DNA from: a plasmid | DNA: 64,000 bases | Reading direction: 5' to 3' (one strand) | Sequence record: CP128686.1 | Shown: positions 41,228 to 51,598 of the stretch, piece by piece | How the letters are laid out: each line of letters opens with the position of its first letter | Numbering within the stretch: the stretch's first letter is position 1 | Program-made: the position numbers and the translations under genes | Notes under the pieces: generated by a model | Told to the model about the DNA's origin: nothing | The model's input: the letters and a program-made list of their open reading frames with translations, nothing else | Database searches by the model: none

Positions 41228-41596
41228 TCAGAGAAATGGGATCTCAAAAAATTTATGGATGGTTCGTTTTTTATCGATACGTGCCTGTCGCCACGTCTGT
41301 AAGTCCGGGCCTGTGTCCGCCATCCTGACGGCTTCAACAGATAATACCTTATATTTGCCCTGCTGCAGTGGCACGCCAGGCCAGCGGCGTATGGGGGCGT
41401 CTATCCACAGACGGGAGTTCTTAAGTTGGTCGACGGTGATCCATTTTTCTGACCATGCATAAAATTTCTGGCATCGCAGCTGATAGCATCGCTCTTCTTC
41501 CCGTCTTTTCCAGTCGCTGTCTACAGCAAACGTTCGGAGATCAATAAGAATCTCATGGACTTTGCCCATACCTGCTCTTCCCCGGAATGTCGTCAA
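41228..41596 (-). CDS. Hypothetical 122-aa protein, possibly a truncated prophage-type gene
   Basis: ORF track. Confidence 0.25.
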   Translation of the reverse strand: MTTFRGRAGMGKVHEILIDLRTFAVDSDWKRREEERCYQLRCQKFYAWSEKWITVDQLKNSRLWIDAPIRRWPGVPLQQGKYKVLSVEAVRMADTGPDLQTWRQARIDKKRTIHKFFEIPFL

Positions 41597-42471
41597 TATC
41601 CAAGGTATCAGGTCATGGCCGTAACGACCAGCAGCTCCAGGGGGAATAGTCCGGCCAGTACCGGCACCTTACCCTGAATTGATGTCTACTGTATGCGATA
41701 TATTTGGGAAAACTGGCGATGGCTATTCTCCTGATTCTGATCGCCGGCAAGCGTTCCAGGCAGCAAAAGAGCCTGCGTAAGACAACATACCCTTGAGGGT
41801 CCTGACCTTCAACGTGCCCGACCCGGCCCCCGCCGCGCGGACGAAAAAAAGAGAAAAATAAAAAAAGAAAAAAAGAATATGCCGAAAATGTGCACAGTCG
41901 CGACCCACGCAGAGCGTGGCGCTCCGGGGCAAAGGCTTTGCAGGGCTATAAGGCATGTTGTCTTACGTTTTGAGTGTGATGGTCCGATCCCACCAGCTTT
42001 CATGAATTGTCCCGCCGGGTGGACTGCTATAAAGTGCATTCCTGCACTGCAGCCTCTGCCGGTGATGAAGAATAATTCCGTCCGGCGAGTATTGAGCAAG
42101 ACCTTCACTACGTATTAAAACCTGGAACTCCGGGATGACGATGCCTGAGGTGATTTACCACCGGGAGTAAAAATTCGTTTATGGCGCCAGCAGCTGGTAC
42201 CTGGCAGAGTTAAGTTCTTATCGCAAAGGATGATAAAAATGAGCCATGGCAAATGTGAGCCGACAAACACGAATGCCGCCGATTACAAGCTGTACGCGCG
42301 ATTCGATGCTGGTGAAACGCTTGAAAGCGTTTTAGCCTCTCCACCGACCACGAAGTACAATAAAGTAACTTCTGAAGGAAACATCAGGACAGAACACAGA
42401 ATGTGGATGGCGTGGAGAAAGAAGCATCCCAGACCACTCTGATTATCAGTGTCGATTAATAAGGATAAAAC

Positions 42472-42786
42472 ATGCGAACGACAAGTATCACCCTGTGTCT
42501 GGTTTTGGCGAGTTTTGGTGTATCCGCTAAAATCCTTGCAGACCCAGACCTTACTTACCAGGCAAATAAAACGTGTGCTAAACGAGATGTACTGGAACTG
42601 AAAGTCCCTTTAGAAGCCAATAATCCCTCCTCCCCCACATGGGGTTTGGACAAGGGCATGGTGCAGGCCACAATTGACGCACTGAAAGAAAATCCAGACA
42701 TCGCCCCGGCTGACTCTGTAGCCTGCCAACAGGCTGCAATAAAACAGTATCGGGCTGGGCAAAAACACTACAGTAAGCTCAGGTAG
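42472..42786 (+). CDS. Small secreted protein with a signal peptide
   Basis: MRTTSITLCLVLASFGVSA. Confidence 0.4.
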   Translation: MRTTSITLCLVLASFGVSAKILADPDLTYQANKTCAKRDVLELKVPLEANNPSSPTWGLDKGMVQATIDALKENPDIAPADSVACQQAAIKQYRAGQKHYSKLR

Positions 42787-42993
42787 CTGCCGTGATGCCC
42801 ACCAGCTGAAACCTGTGTGTGGTATAAAAAACCCCGTAGCGCTGGTGCAAAACAGACCAGCGCATTCCAGTTCTCAATCCCGTTCTGTGCTGTAGGCCCC
42901 TGTCGCATTCAGACCTGAATTACCGAGCAAGGAAACATGTCAGTAAGCCATCTGGATACAAAAACTGGTGGTATAGCCACTTTAGCGTAATGC

Positions 42994-43015
42994 TAATGTA
43001 TGCGTACATTAGCTT
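42994..43015. promoter_or_regulatory. 22-bp near-perfect palindrome GCTAATGTATGCGTACATTAGC
   Basis: Seen in the sequence; the reverse-complement copy is at 43534-43555. Confidence 0.5.
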
Positions 43016-43029
43016 TAAATTTATGTTAT

Positions 43030-43512
43030 TTACCCTTCTCCCTTCCTGGATGCCTTAACCTTGATCTGATAGTTGCGCTTTACCCGCTCAATTTCCGCCA
43101 GAGTTGCCGCCCAGTGCAGCCCTGCGGCGTGACGATATCTGGTTGCCATTTTTTCAACGGCCTCCGGAGTGCTGTCATCGCTGCGGTGCTGCCGTCCCTT
43201 CACCCCGAAAATTTCCACTATAAGCCACTGGCTACCGGTTCTGCCGAACAAGGCCTGACACAGCCGCCTCACGGCAAGCGGGGTCAGATCCGGGTCGGGA
43301 TCATACGCGATGGTGGCAAAAATAAAACGCAGCATCTCAGAGGTTTTGTAGCGTTTTACCGCTGCCGCCAGCCGGGCAGCTCTTTGCGGCGCTTCCCAGC
43401 GGTCGTCGCTGTAACCTGCCACTTCAGAGAGATAGTCCTTCTCGAGTTGTTTAGCCGTGTAGCAACGTCCCCCCAAAAACATCCGCATAGCTTCTTTCGT
43501 TTCAGCTCTCAC
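43030..43512 (-). CDS. Hypothetical 160-aa protein flanked by two 22-bp palindromic sites
   Basis: ORF track; flanking palindromes. Confidence 0.4.
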   Translation of the reverse strand: MRAETKEAMRMFLGGRCYTAKQLEKDYLSEVAGYSDDRWEAPQRAARLAAAVKRYKTSEMLRFIFATIAYDPDPDLTPLAVRRLCQALFGRTGSQWLIVEIFGVKGRQHRSDDSTPEAVEKMATRYRHAAGLHWAATLAEIERVKRNYQIKVKASRKGEG

Positions 43513-43533
43513 GAATCTTGTCCTCAGCCAAAG

Positions 43534-43555
43534 CTAATGTACGCATACATTAGCA
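43534..43555. promoter_or_regulatory. 22-bp palindrome GCTAATGTACGCATACATTAGC, the partner of 42994-43015
   Basis: Seen in the sequence. Confidence 0.5.
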
Positions 43556-43679
43556 TTAAGTATCAGGTTAAACAAAAATCAGGAAACCGATTTGATTCAG
43601 TGCAGGTGGCTGTCTCTTTTGAATTATAGCTTTTGCGTTCTGGTATACAGGTTACCCCTCCCCCCTCTTTTCCCGCTGG

Positions 43680-46600
43680 TCTACTGTAGTCGACACAAAA
43701 GACAGGAACCTCGGTATGTCCTGATAATTTTGTTTGAGTTTTAATCACGAAGCAGAGGGTATCGCATATAGTAGACACAACGCAGCCAGAATAACGCTCG
43801 ATGCAAAATTTAGATCGTTGTCGCCTACAGTAGACATTCCTGGTTTCGACGCTGGTGCTTCCAATACTGACCAGTCCCGGGCCATGGCATAGCATCCAAT
43901 AGAAATAGTGATTTCCTCCACCAGCTTTCCTTAAAAAGCTTACATTTACGGATAACCTCACCACAGCCGCACATACCAGCCAATGGCCAGTATGATAGTT
44001 GTAGCATGCAGTAGACCTTTACCCTCGAGGCTTCCCTGGTTGTCGCACACAGTAGACACATTATGTCAGCCACCAGTACGACCGGTATTATCCGGCCCCT
44101 GAACAAAAACTCGAATACAGTAGACCTTCGCCAAATATGTTGGGGTCGCACACAGTAGACATTAAACGTGGGTTTACAACATATCTGGCGCTTCCCGGCT
44201 ACCAGGCAGAGCGTCGGATACAGTAGACCGTTACCATCTCTGCCAGGTCTCACTGGTTGTCGCATACAGTAGACAGTAAATTCTTTCCACCACGGAAAAC
44301 CGGCACTGATCCGCGATTTAATCGGGCATCAAATACAGTAACCCATTGCCTTCAGCACCTACCCGGTGTGTGGGTTGTCGCATCCAGTAGACACCCGTTG
44401 TTCCTGCCCGGCAGAACCGGCGATGCCCGGCCTTTTAACCGGACATCGCATATAGTAGACCATTGCCTTTCAGAACCTACCCGGTGTGTGGGTTGTCGCA
44501 TCCAGTAGACACCCGTTGTTCCTGCCCGGCAGAACCGGCGATGCCCGGCTTTTTAACCGGACATCGCATACAGTAGACCATTGCCTTCAGCACCTACCTG
44601 GTGCGTGAGTTGTTGCATCCAGTAGACACCCGTTGTTCCTGCCTGGCATAACCGGCGATGCCCGGCCTTTTAACCGGACATCGCATACAGTAGACCATTG
44701 CCTTCAGCACCTACCTGGAGCGTGAGTTGTCGCGTACAGTAGACACCCGTTGTTCCTGCCCGGCATAACCGGCGATGCCCGGCCATTTAACCGAACATCG
44801 CATACAGTAGACCATTGCCTTCAGCACCTACCCGGTGTGTGGGTTGTCGCATCCAGTAGACACCCGTAGTTCCTGCCAGGCATAACCGGCTATGCCTGGC
44901 CATTCAACCGCACGTCGCATACAGTAGACCATTACCTTTCAGAACCTATCCGGTACGTGGGTTGTCGCCTACAGTAGACACCCGTTGTTCCTGCCCGGCA
45001 GAACCGGCGATGCCCGGCCATTTAACCGGGCATCGAATACAATAGACTATTGCCTGTCAGCACGTACCGGTGCGTGGGTTGGCGTATGCAGTAGACACCA
45101 GAGTTGTTCGTAACCTGCATAACCGGCAAGGATCGGCTATTTCAGCGCACGTCGCATACAGTAGACCATTGCCTTCAACATCGGTCCGGTGTCTCGCTTG
45201 TCGCATCCAGTAGACACCCGTTGTTCATACCTGGCAGAACCAGTGATTCTCGGCCATTTAACCGGGCGTCGAATACAGTAGACCATTGCCTGTCAGCACC
45301 TACCGGTGCGTGGCTTGGCGTATACAGTAGACACCAGTTGTTCATAACCTGCATAACCGGCGAGGAACGGCCATTTAACGGCACGTCGAATACAGTAGAC
45401 CGTTCTCCCACTAGCGCATATCCACTTGAGTTGGCCGTCGCATACAGTAGACACGAATAGGTAGCCTCCAGCACTGATCAACCATAGCCCGGTATCGCAT
45501 ACAATAGACCTTCCCCTATTTGGGCATAACCGATATGCGGTGATTGTCGCATACAGTAGACATAGATTCTTAGCCACAGGCTTAACAGGGATCATCGTGA
45601 CGTAAACGTCTTCAGCAAGCAGTTCGAGCAAAATTCTTAAGCTCCTTCCACTAATAGCCGCCCTATCTCAAACACCGCAGCTGAACGCCCCGACTTAACC
45701 GCTTCGACTTTATGATCGTCAACAAACCAGTGATTACCGTCCGTTCGGACCAGCTCAAACAGCCAGGACATATCGTAAACGTGCTCAGGGATTAGCGTCC
45801 CTTCTCCGGCCAGAATGCCAGCCGTTATTGAATGATTTCCGCCACCCACAAAGCCAATACGCCAGGGCAACCATAGCTCAACATAATGATTGCTATTATC
45901 CTGCTTCCACGGCTTCCCCTTATAGCTTCCAATACGTGAAACGTTATTGATAAAGCGTTGTAGGCTCCAAGGCCACGGCAGCACCATATCACTTGCCAGT
46001 GACAACGGGTAATCAGCGCCGTCCATCTCATGTTCTTTCATCTTTTCATACGATTTCACATGGATAAGCCCTTCAAAGAAGAACTTTTCAGGGGTCATAT
46101 TTGGTCGGGCATCTGTTCCTTCCTCGGCTACCGCCAGCAAGAAATCACTCTGTACTGGTCGCACGATAGCGCGAATGAGATCAGGCAGCGTCATGACAGG
46201 TAATTTCTCGGCCACCGAAAGCAGGTGATCGAAGCGCTTTTTTTCATTGCCGGTTGCTGCTTTCTCTTTCTTTTTTTGGTTCCAGAACATCACTTGCCGT
46301 GCCCTCCTTATCGTGATGATGATTTTCATGCTCATGCTGCGGTAGTTCTACATAGCGCACATGTTCTTCATACGTGGTGTAGTTATGCATGCCGCTATAA
46401 TCCGGGTCTACGTCAGAACTCCTCTCATCGTCCTTGTAGAACAGCAAACGTATACCGGTGTCCGGTTGTGACGCATGTCGCATACTGTAGACAATATGCG
46501 ATCGCAATCATTAAAACGCCCCTGTTCTGTAGCCATGGCAGTATTGAAATACGATAGGCCATTATCCACCAGCTCATACCCTATAGCGTGAATGGCCGCA

Positions 46601-46850
46601 TACAGTAGACATATACAATACACCACCGATAAATGCGGACCTGATCGAACATTCAACCGGGTGCCGCATACAGTAGATCGTCACCCGGCAGCACACCCCA
46701 GATTGAGATACTTGTAGCGTACAATAGACATCTGTCTTTAACGGCCACCTGCTTTTACCAACAGCATTCAAATATCGCATACAGTAGACATTTGTATTCC
46801 GTAGGGCTAATCGCGGTTCGCATGTCGCGTACAGTAGACTTTCTACCAGA
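43680..46850. repeat. Iteron field of more than 40 copies of the core (C/A)A(G/T)TAGAC(A/C). It includes about nine tandem composite units of 110-120 bp at 44389-45560.
   Basis: Repeats seen directly, for example gtcgcatccagtagacacccgttgttcctgcccggc... recurring. Confidence 0.8.
45637..46335 (-). CDS. Hypothetical 232-aa protein embedded in the iteron field
   Basis: ORF track; real-looking codon usage. Confidence 0.4.
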   Translation of the reverse strand: MSMKIIITIRRARQVMFWNQKKKEKAATGNEKKRFDHLLSVAEKLPVMTLPDLIRAIVRPVQSDFLLAVAEEGTDARPNMTPEKFFFEGLIHVKSYEKMKEHEMDGADYPLSLASDMVLPWPWSLQRFINNVSRIGSYKGKPWKQDNSNHYVELWLPWRIGFVGGGNHSITAGILAGEGTLIPEHVYDMSWLFELVRTDGNHWFVDDHKVEAVKSGRSAAVFEIGRLLVEGA

Positions 46851-47128
46851 CGAATTTACAAAACAGGCAACAGAAGACAAGCTCATGCATCATGGCAAAA
46901 AAGAAAAGTTACTTTCCTTCTTAGGAACCTGATGTGAAATTCACCGGCAGTTTCAGCTGAGCCACTACGTTTTCAAAAACTTTCACTGAAGTTGGAAGGT
47001 GTTACGACATGTCAGCGTTACTTTTGGTGTGTTTAACGTACAATCCGATAGCACTTTGTAGAGAACAATCCCCGGGTTCGACTGAAGAGGGCCCGTAAGC
47101 CCCCTCAGAGCGATTGTCGGAGGACTTT

Positions 47129-48028
47129 CTACTTCAGGGAGGGATTTCTCTTGATGATTTGAAACGCTATCTTGTTGCCTTCCTTAAGCTCCTGGTATTC
47201 AAGGTATCCAATGTCCTCCAGTTGCTTAAGTGCTTTTCTTACCGTTGAATTCTGAAGAGCGGGTCTGGAAGTGAGGGACAAACGCTTCCTGAACCTCTCA
47301 ATGCTGACAGGGATCGGATTAGGTGGCAGAGCCTCAATGAACGTATAAAGGGCCTGGGCTGACTCTTTCCTTGCAAGGGCTTTAAGGGCTCTCAGCTTAA
47401 GCAGGATCTTGTATTCACCAACATACAGATCCTTAAGCGTTTTCGACGGAGTGAGGATAACTTTGTCATTACCAATGTCCACGGTTGACTCACCAATGAG
47501 CTGAACAAATTTAGTGACTTCAATGTTTGTGCCTCTGTCCTTGGAGAATTCAACAACATTAGACATCAGTTTCCTGAGCGAATCTTTGATTTTTTCCCGA
47601 AATTCAGCCTTCAGACGTCCACGAGAAAAACCACATCGCATAGCAAACTCAGTAAATCGGATCGAGATAGTCCCATCCTCGTTAGACTCGAGTTCATTAT
47701 CGGTCAGTACCGATATGATTCCTGTCCAAACCTTGAAATCCGTATCCATGTCTAGCCTTGGACCTGAAATGGTAATCCTTTCAAACCCTTCGGATTTGGC
47801 TAGCTCCAGATGCCTAAGATCGTCTGACGCGTTGATGTTTGATCCGACATTGCTTTTCTTAGCGATCGCTTTGTTCGTCGACTTTAATGTTGGAACAAAG
47901 ACCCCCAAACGCATCAGAGGAACTGTCTGTACACTGGTCTCCGATGTGGAAGAAAGTGTGATAACTTCACCAGTAGTCTGATTTATTTCTTCTACATTTA
48001 GGTATGACTCATTGATTTTGTTAGACAT
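47129..48028 (-). CDS. repA: Iteron-type replication initiator RepA (Rep_3, RepFIB/IncHI1B-like)
   Basis: Motifs shared with RepFIB initiators (PLMRLGVFVPTLKS, ISGPRLDMDTDFKVW, ESAQALYTFIEALP); iterons on both sides. Confidence 0.7.
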   Translation of the reverse strand: MSNKINESYLNVEEINQTTGEVITLSSTSETSVQTVPLMRLGVFVPTLKSTNKAIAKKSNVGSNINASDDLRHLELAKSEGFERITISGPRLDMDTDFKVWTGIISVLTDNELESNEDGTISIRFTEFAMRCGFSRGRLKAEFREKIKDSLRKLMSNVVEFSKDRGTNIEVTKFVQLIGESTVDIGNDKVILTPSKTLKDLYVGEYKILLKLRALKALARKESAQALYTFIEALPPNPIPVSIERFRKRLSLTSRPALQNSTVRKALKQLEDIGYLEYQELKEGNKIAFQIIKRNPSLK

Positions 48029-48065
48029 TTCCCTTAAACCCTAAGTTTTGAATAACCATCAAAAA

Positions 48066-48175
48066 TATAGCATACAGTAGACACTTTTATAGCGCACAAT
48101 AGACAATATATAGCATTCAGTAGACTGTTTGTAGATTACAGTAGACATTTCGTAGCATACAATAGACACCGATCA
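48066..48175. repeat. Four to five iterons (..ACAGTAGAC/ACAATAGAC..) spaced about 22 bp apart, immediately upstream of repA. This is the probable origin.
   Basis: Seen in the sequence. Confidence 0.65.
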
Positions 48176-48348
48176 CCTTCCAAGCCAAGCGGCACAGGGC
48201 CTCCAGCGATCCGGGATCTTTTTGGTACTCTCTGGATCCTTTATGGATCAGTTATTGGATCTATCCTGTGGAAAACCTACTGCGGAGAAACTGCTTTACT
48301 ATCTACATCCTCGGCTTAGGAAAAGATACCGGACGCAGATTGAGAAGA

Positions 48349-49410
48349 TCACTTATTGGGATCATGAGTGAGAAACCAATCATGGAAAGCTCTCTCGCGA
48401 TCAAACTCTGGTAAGTTATGTATAGACACGTTCCAGTTCGCGATTTTAACTATGAAGCTAATGTATTCCTGCTCCGCCTCATTCAGTCCTCCCTCTCCCC
48501 TTTTACTGATGTAATAATCGTACCAACGTTCATACGCGGGTACGTTTATAGATTCCCAGGAATCCAGCATCCTCGGTGCATAGGATACCAGTTCATCAAA
48601 AACGGTACTCCCTGAAGGTATATCCGGCCGGGTAAGTTTAGCGAGTATTTCTATTGTCCATCGTAAATGTTGCCATTGCTGTGCAGGTGCCAGAGGCAAC
48701 GAATTCATATTCATGGGTAGATCTACCGGAATCATAGAAAGCAGCTGGTTGCCGCTGGCATTCAGGTGGCGTTTGTACTGATGTAAAGTATGTGGTGGTG
48801 CTGTCTGCATTAAGGGATGGTAGATCCACCGCTTGGCTTCATCTGAGGTGAAAAGTAACTTTTCTATCGCATCCATCATCTTTATGCCTTCCCCATTCTC
48901 ACGATATGGAGCGATGATACTTTCAATCCGAACGGCATCGATCTCCACCAGCGCCAGCTGGTCTGTTTGCGCTAACAGGTCTGGATTTGGCTGGATATCC
49001 TCCGACGTATCATTAATAAATATCCCGATTGTCGTATCGTTACATATCCCTGTGAGGTCAGCATTAAGGCCACAAACAATCCCACCACCAGCGAGATTTT
49101 TGAGGTTAACTATCCCTTTCTCCTTACCCTGCAGAAGATGAGGGAGAGCAAGGTATTTTTTTTCCTGTATTTTCACCTTTATGTATTTTTTTATATGTTG
49201 TAGTGTGAGCTCACTACAAACCCCTTTTACTTCTGTGCTGTGGCTAAAATGCCATTTTTTATTTTGACCCTGCCTGGCAATCAGGGAGGTCCCACAGATG
49301 AGGCAGATACAGTTACACGAAAGCCCATTTTCAACGCTGGCGATATCAACAATTTTATTTGAATCCGTATCAAATCCAAACGGGATCCATTTTTGTGCAT
49401 TACGTCGCAT
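48349..49410 (-). CDS. CoiA-like protein (competence protein CoiA family), with an N-terminal CxxC..HFSH zinc-finger-like motif
   Basis: CNCICLICG...KKWHFSHS pattern typical of CoiA. Confidence 0.45.
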   Translation of the reverse strand: MRRNAQKWIPFGFDTDSNKIVDIASVENGLSCNCICLICGTSLIARQGQNKKWHFSHSTEVKGVCSELTLQHIKKYIKVKIQEKKYLALPHLLQGKEKGIVNLKNLAGGGIVCGLNADLTGICNDTTIGIFINDTSEDIQPNPDLLAQTDQLALVEIDAVRIESIIAPYRENGEGIKMMDAIEKLLFTSDEAKRWIYHPLMQTAPPHTLHQYKRHLNASGNQLLSMIPVDLPMNMNSLPLAPAQQWQHLRWTIEILAKLTRPDIPSGSTVFDELVSYAPRMLDSWESINVPAYERWYDYYISKRGEGGLNEAEQEYISFIVKIANWNVSIHNLPEFDRERAFHDWFLTHDPNK

Positions 49411-49495
49411 GTATATTCCTCGTTAAAAATGAGTAAAGGAATTCTACATCATCCGTTTTTATCAAACCTGGAATAACAGCGTCTAATTACATTAT

Positions 49496-49750
49496 TCATA
49501 TCTCATCGGGGATGAGATGCCACACGGAAGCAGGTATTTTGTCATAGTTTTTTTTCATGTAGATCTCAGCCCTGCGGTGATCATAAGCTCCGTTCAGGCT
49601 GGTTATCTTATTTATATCCCCACCTTCATCATTTAATTTATCCAGGATACGCTCAAACACTCTGTCAAGGGTTTCAGTCGTACTGCACTTTCTGAACTTC
49701 AGGAGATAGGCTTCTCTCAGGCTACTGTGCGCATTTGGGCTTTTCAACAA
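49496..49750 (-). CDS. Hypothetical 84-aa protein
   Basis: ORF track. Confidence 0.25.
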   Translation of the reverse strand: MLKSPNAHSSLREAYLLKFRKCSTTETLDRVFERILDKLNDEGGDINKITSLNGAYDHRRAEIYMKKNYDKIPASVWHLIPDEI

Positions 49751-49927
49751 CGACGCTCTGGTGCATGTTCAAAAACACTGGCTATTTTCGAAAACAGTAA
49801 ACGAAGTTCCACGCACAGGCAAGAGAAGCAATTTGATTAATTTCCTGTTCTGCCTGGATTTGAAAAAAAACAATGTTACCATACTGGTTATAAAAACAGT
49901 ATCAGTAAAAAAACATGAGATCTTCCC

Positions 49928-51064
49928 ATGACAGATAAAACCAAACTGGTTGCTATCTCACGAACCGATGACATGAGCGCTCTGGATGCACTCAAGCTGT
50001 TGCGGTTTCGCCGGTACAATACAGCCAGAAGTCAGTTAAGGGTCACGAGTGTCTGGTCTGCATGGTGCGCCAGGCACGGTCTGACCCCCTTCCCCGTCAC
50101 AGCGGTTGATGTCGAGCGCTATATTAATGGGCTGAATGGATCCGTTAAAATGGCGACCATCTCTCATTTTATTGCATGCCTTTCAAGCGTTAACAGCAGC
50201 CTGGGTTTTCCAGACTTCCGCAACGTTCTGATAAAAGCACTGGTTCAGGTATGGCGGGCGCGGGAGAATGAGAAAAAAATCGTCACCGGCCAGGCCCTTC
50301 CATTTCTTATATCCGATCTCAATATTCTTCGCCGGTCGCTGCATAAAAGCGACGACCTGAGAGACATACGGGACCTTGCAATGATATGGGTTGGGTTTGA
50401 AACCCTGCTGCGTAACGTGGAAATTCGAAGGATTAAAACCGGCGACCTGAAATGGCAAAATGACACGTCCTGTTACCTTCTGGACGTCATGCGGACCAAG
50501 ACAAGCCTTTCAAGTAACCTGACATTTCAGCTCTCACCACAATGCAGTCAGCATATCAGACGGTTGATTGAGACGGTGGAATACACCGATACCGAAACCT
50601 TCGGGCACCGTTTTCTTTTTCAGCCTGTAAACATCCATACGAACCGATATTTCCCGTCCACCAGCAGTAAGCTATCCCGGGGTAAATCCATAGACAGGAT
50701 GCTGGTCAAAGCAGGATTCAGTGAGGGGTTACTGACGCAGTTACAGAATGAATCAAAGGTATCACGGGAAGATGTTGGTATGCTGTCGTCTAATTCACTG
50801 AACCAGGCATTTGCACGCCTCTGGGGGATTGCCGGAAAGGTCAGCGACAGTAACCGACAGTCCGGGCGGTACCGGACATGGACAGGACACAGTGTGCGTG
50901 TGGGGGGAGCCATAGAGCTGTTTAAGGCCGGGTACTCCCTGGAAAAGATTACCGAGATGGGGAACTGGTCTGATCCAAAGATGGTCTTCCGTTATATCCG
51001 GGGATATCTTGCCAGTGAAAAAGCCATGGTAAGCTTTATGCGTAATCATCTGGACGACATATAG
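49928..51064 (+). CDS. Tyrosine site-specific recombinase (phage-integrase family)
   Basis: C-terminal R..HSVRVGGA..Y catalytic motifs. Confidence 0.7.
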   Translation: MTDKTKLVAISRTDDMSALDALKLLRFRRYNTARSQLRVTSVWSAWCARHGLTPFPVTAVDVERYINGLNGSVKMATISHFIACLSSVNSSLGFPDFRNVLIKALVQVWRARENEKKIVTGQALPFLISDLNILRRSLHKSDDLRDIRDLAMIWVGFETLLRNVEIRRIKTGDLKWQNDTSCYLLDVMRTKTSLSSNLTFQLSPQCSQHIRRLIETVEYTDTETFGHRFLFQPVNIHTNRYFPSTSSKLSRGKSIDRMLVKAGFSEGLLTQLQNESKVSREDVGMLSSNSLNQAFARLWGIAGKVSDSNRQSGRYRTWTGHSVRVGGAIELFKAGYSLEKITEMGNWSDPKMVFRYIRGYLASEKAMVSFMRNHLDDI

Positions 51065-51129
51065 ATTTTACGGAGAGAAACACCAGCACTCAGCAACATA
51101 TTACTGAGCGCTGGTCACTTATGAACTTT

Positions 51130-51447
51130 TCAGATATTCAGTTCTTTCAAATCTGTCACAACAAAATCCCCTTTACCTGAAAGAGTGTCAAAATCATCGA
51201 GTGTAAATTCATGGGTGTGGTACCAAATGACCCTGCATGTGGGGCAGGTAACAGGTAACAAATCTTCCGCTAATTTTTCGCTGTTATGGATAACCTCACC
51301 CATCTCGTTATGTTCGACAATATAACCGCTTATGCAAAGGGTTTCGTACCCATGAGCACCGGTAACAATATGGGTTGCTGTTCTCTCACGAATTTCCCCA
51401 TTAATTTTAATCTGCTCTCGAGTGGTAATCGTTCTTTTATTATTCAT
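51130..51447 (-). CDS. Hypothetical 105-aa protein with a CPTC motif
   Basis: ORF track. Confidence 0.3.
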   Translation of the reverse strand: MNNKRTITTREQIKINGEIRERTATHIVTGAHGYETLCISGYIVEHNEMGEVIHNSEKLAEDLLPVTCPTCRVIWYHTHEFTLDDFDTLSGKGDFVVTDLKELNI

Positions 51448-51598
51448 GAAAACTCCGGATGATATTTAAAAACGGCTGACATTGCTCCCTGCTTCGGAAT
51501 AATTGTGAAGGCAGGCAGGAAATCGGAAAATGCGTTACCCTGTGCCTGAATCAGTTCTGGTGCGTCTCACGAAGGAAAATGAGAGGCGATATCATGGA

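Noticed and set aside
41228-41596. Considered calling this an Inovirus Gp2/YagK-family prophage protein
   Set aside because: The resemblance was not strong enough to assert from sequence alone. It is left as hypothetical.
44257-45631. ORFs from the six-frame track inside the tandem repeat units (for example 44257-44508, 45104-45460, 45175-45474, 45293-45631)
   Set aside because: Their repetitive peptide sequences (..SRHPLFIPGRT..) are generated by the DNA repeats. They are almost certainly not genes.
43680-46850. Possible CRISPR array suggested by regularly spaced repeats
   Set aside because: The repeats are imperfect iterons of variable spacing, with spacers that are themselves repeated. 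No cas genes are present, and the position around repA indicates replication iterons.
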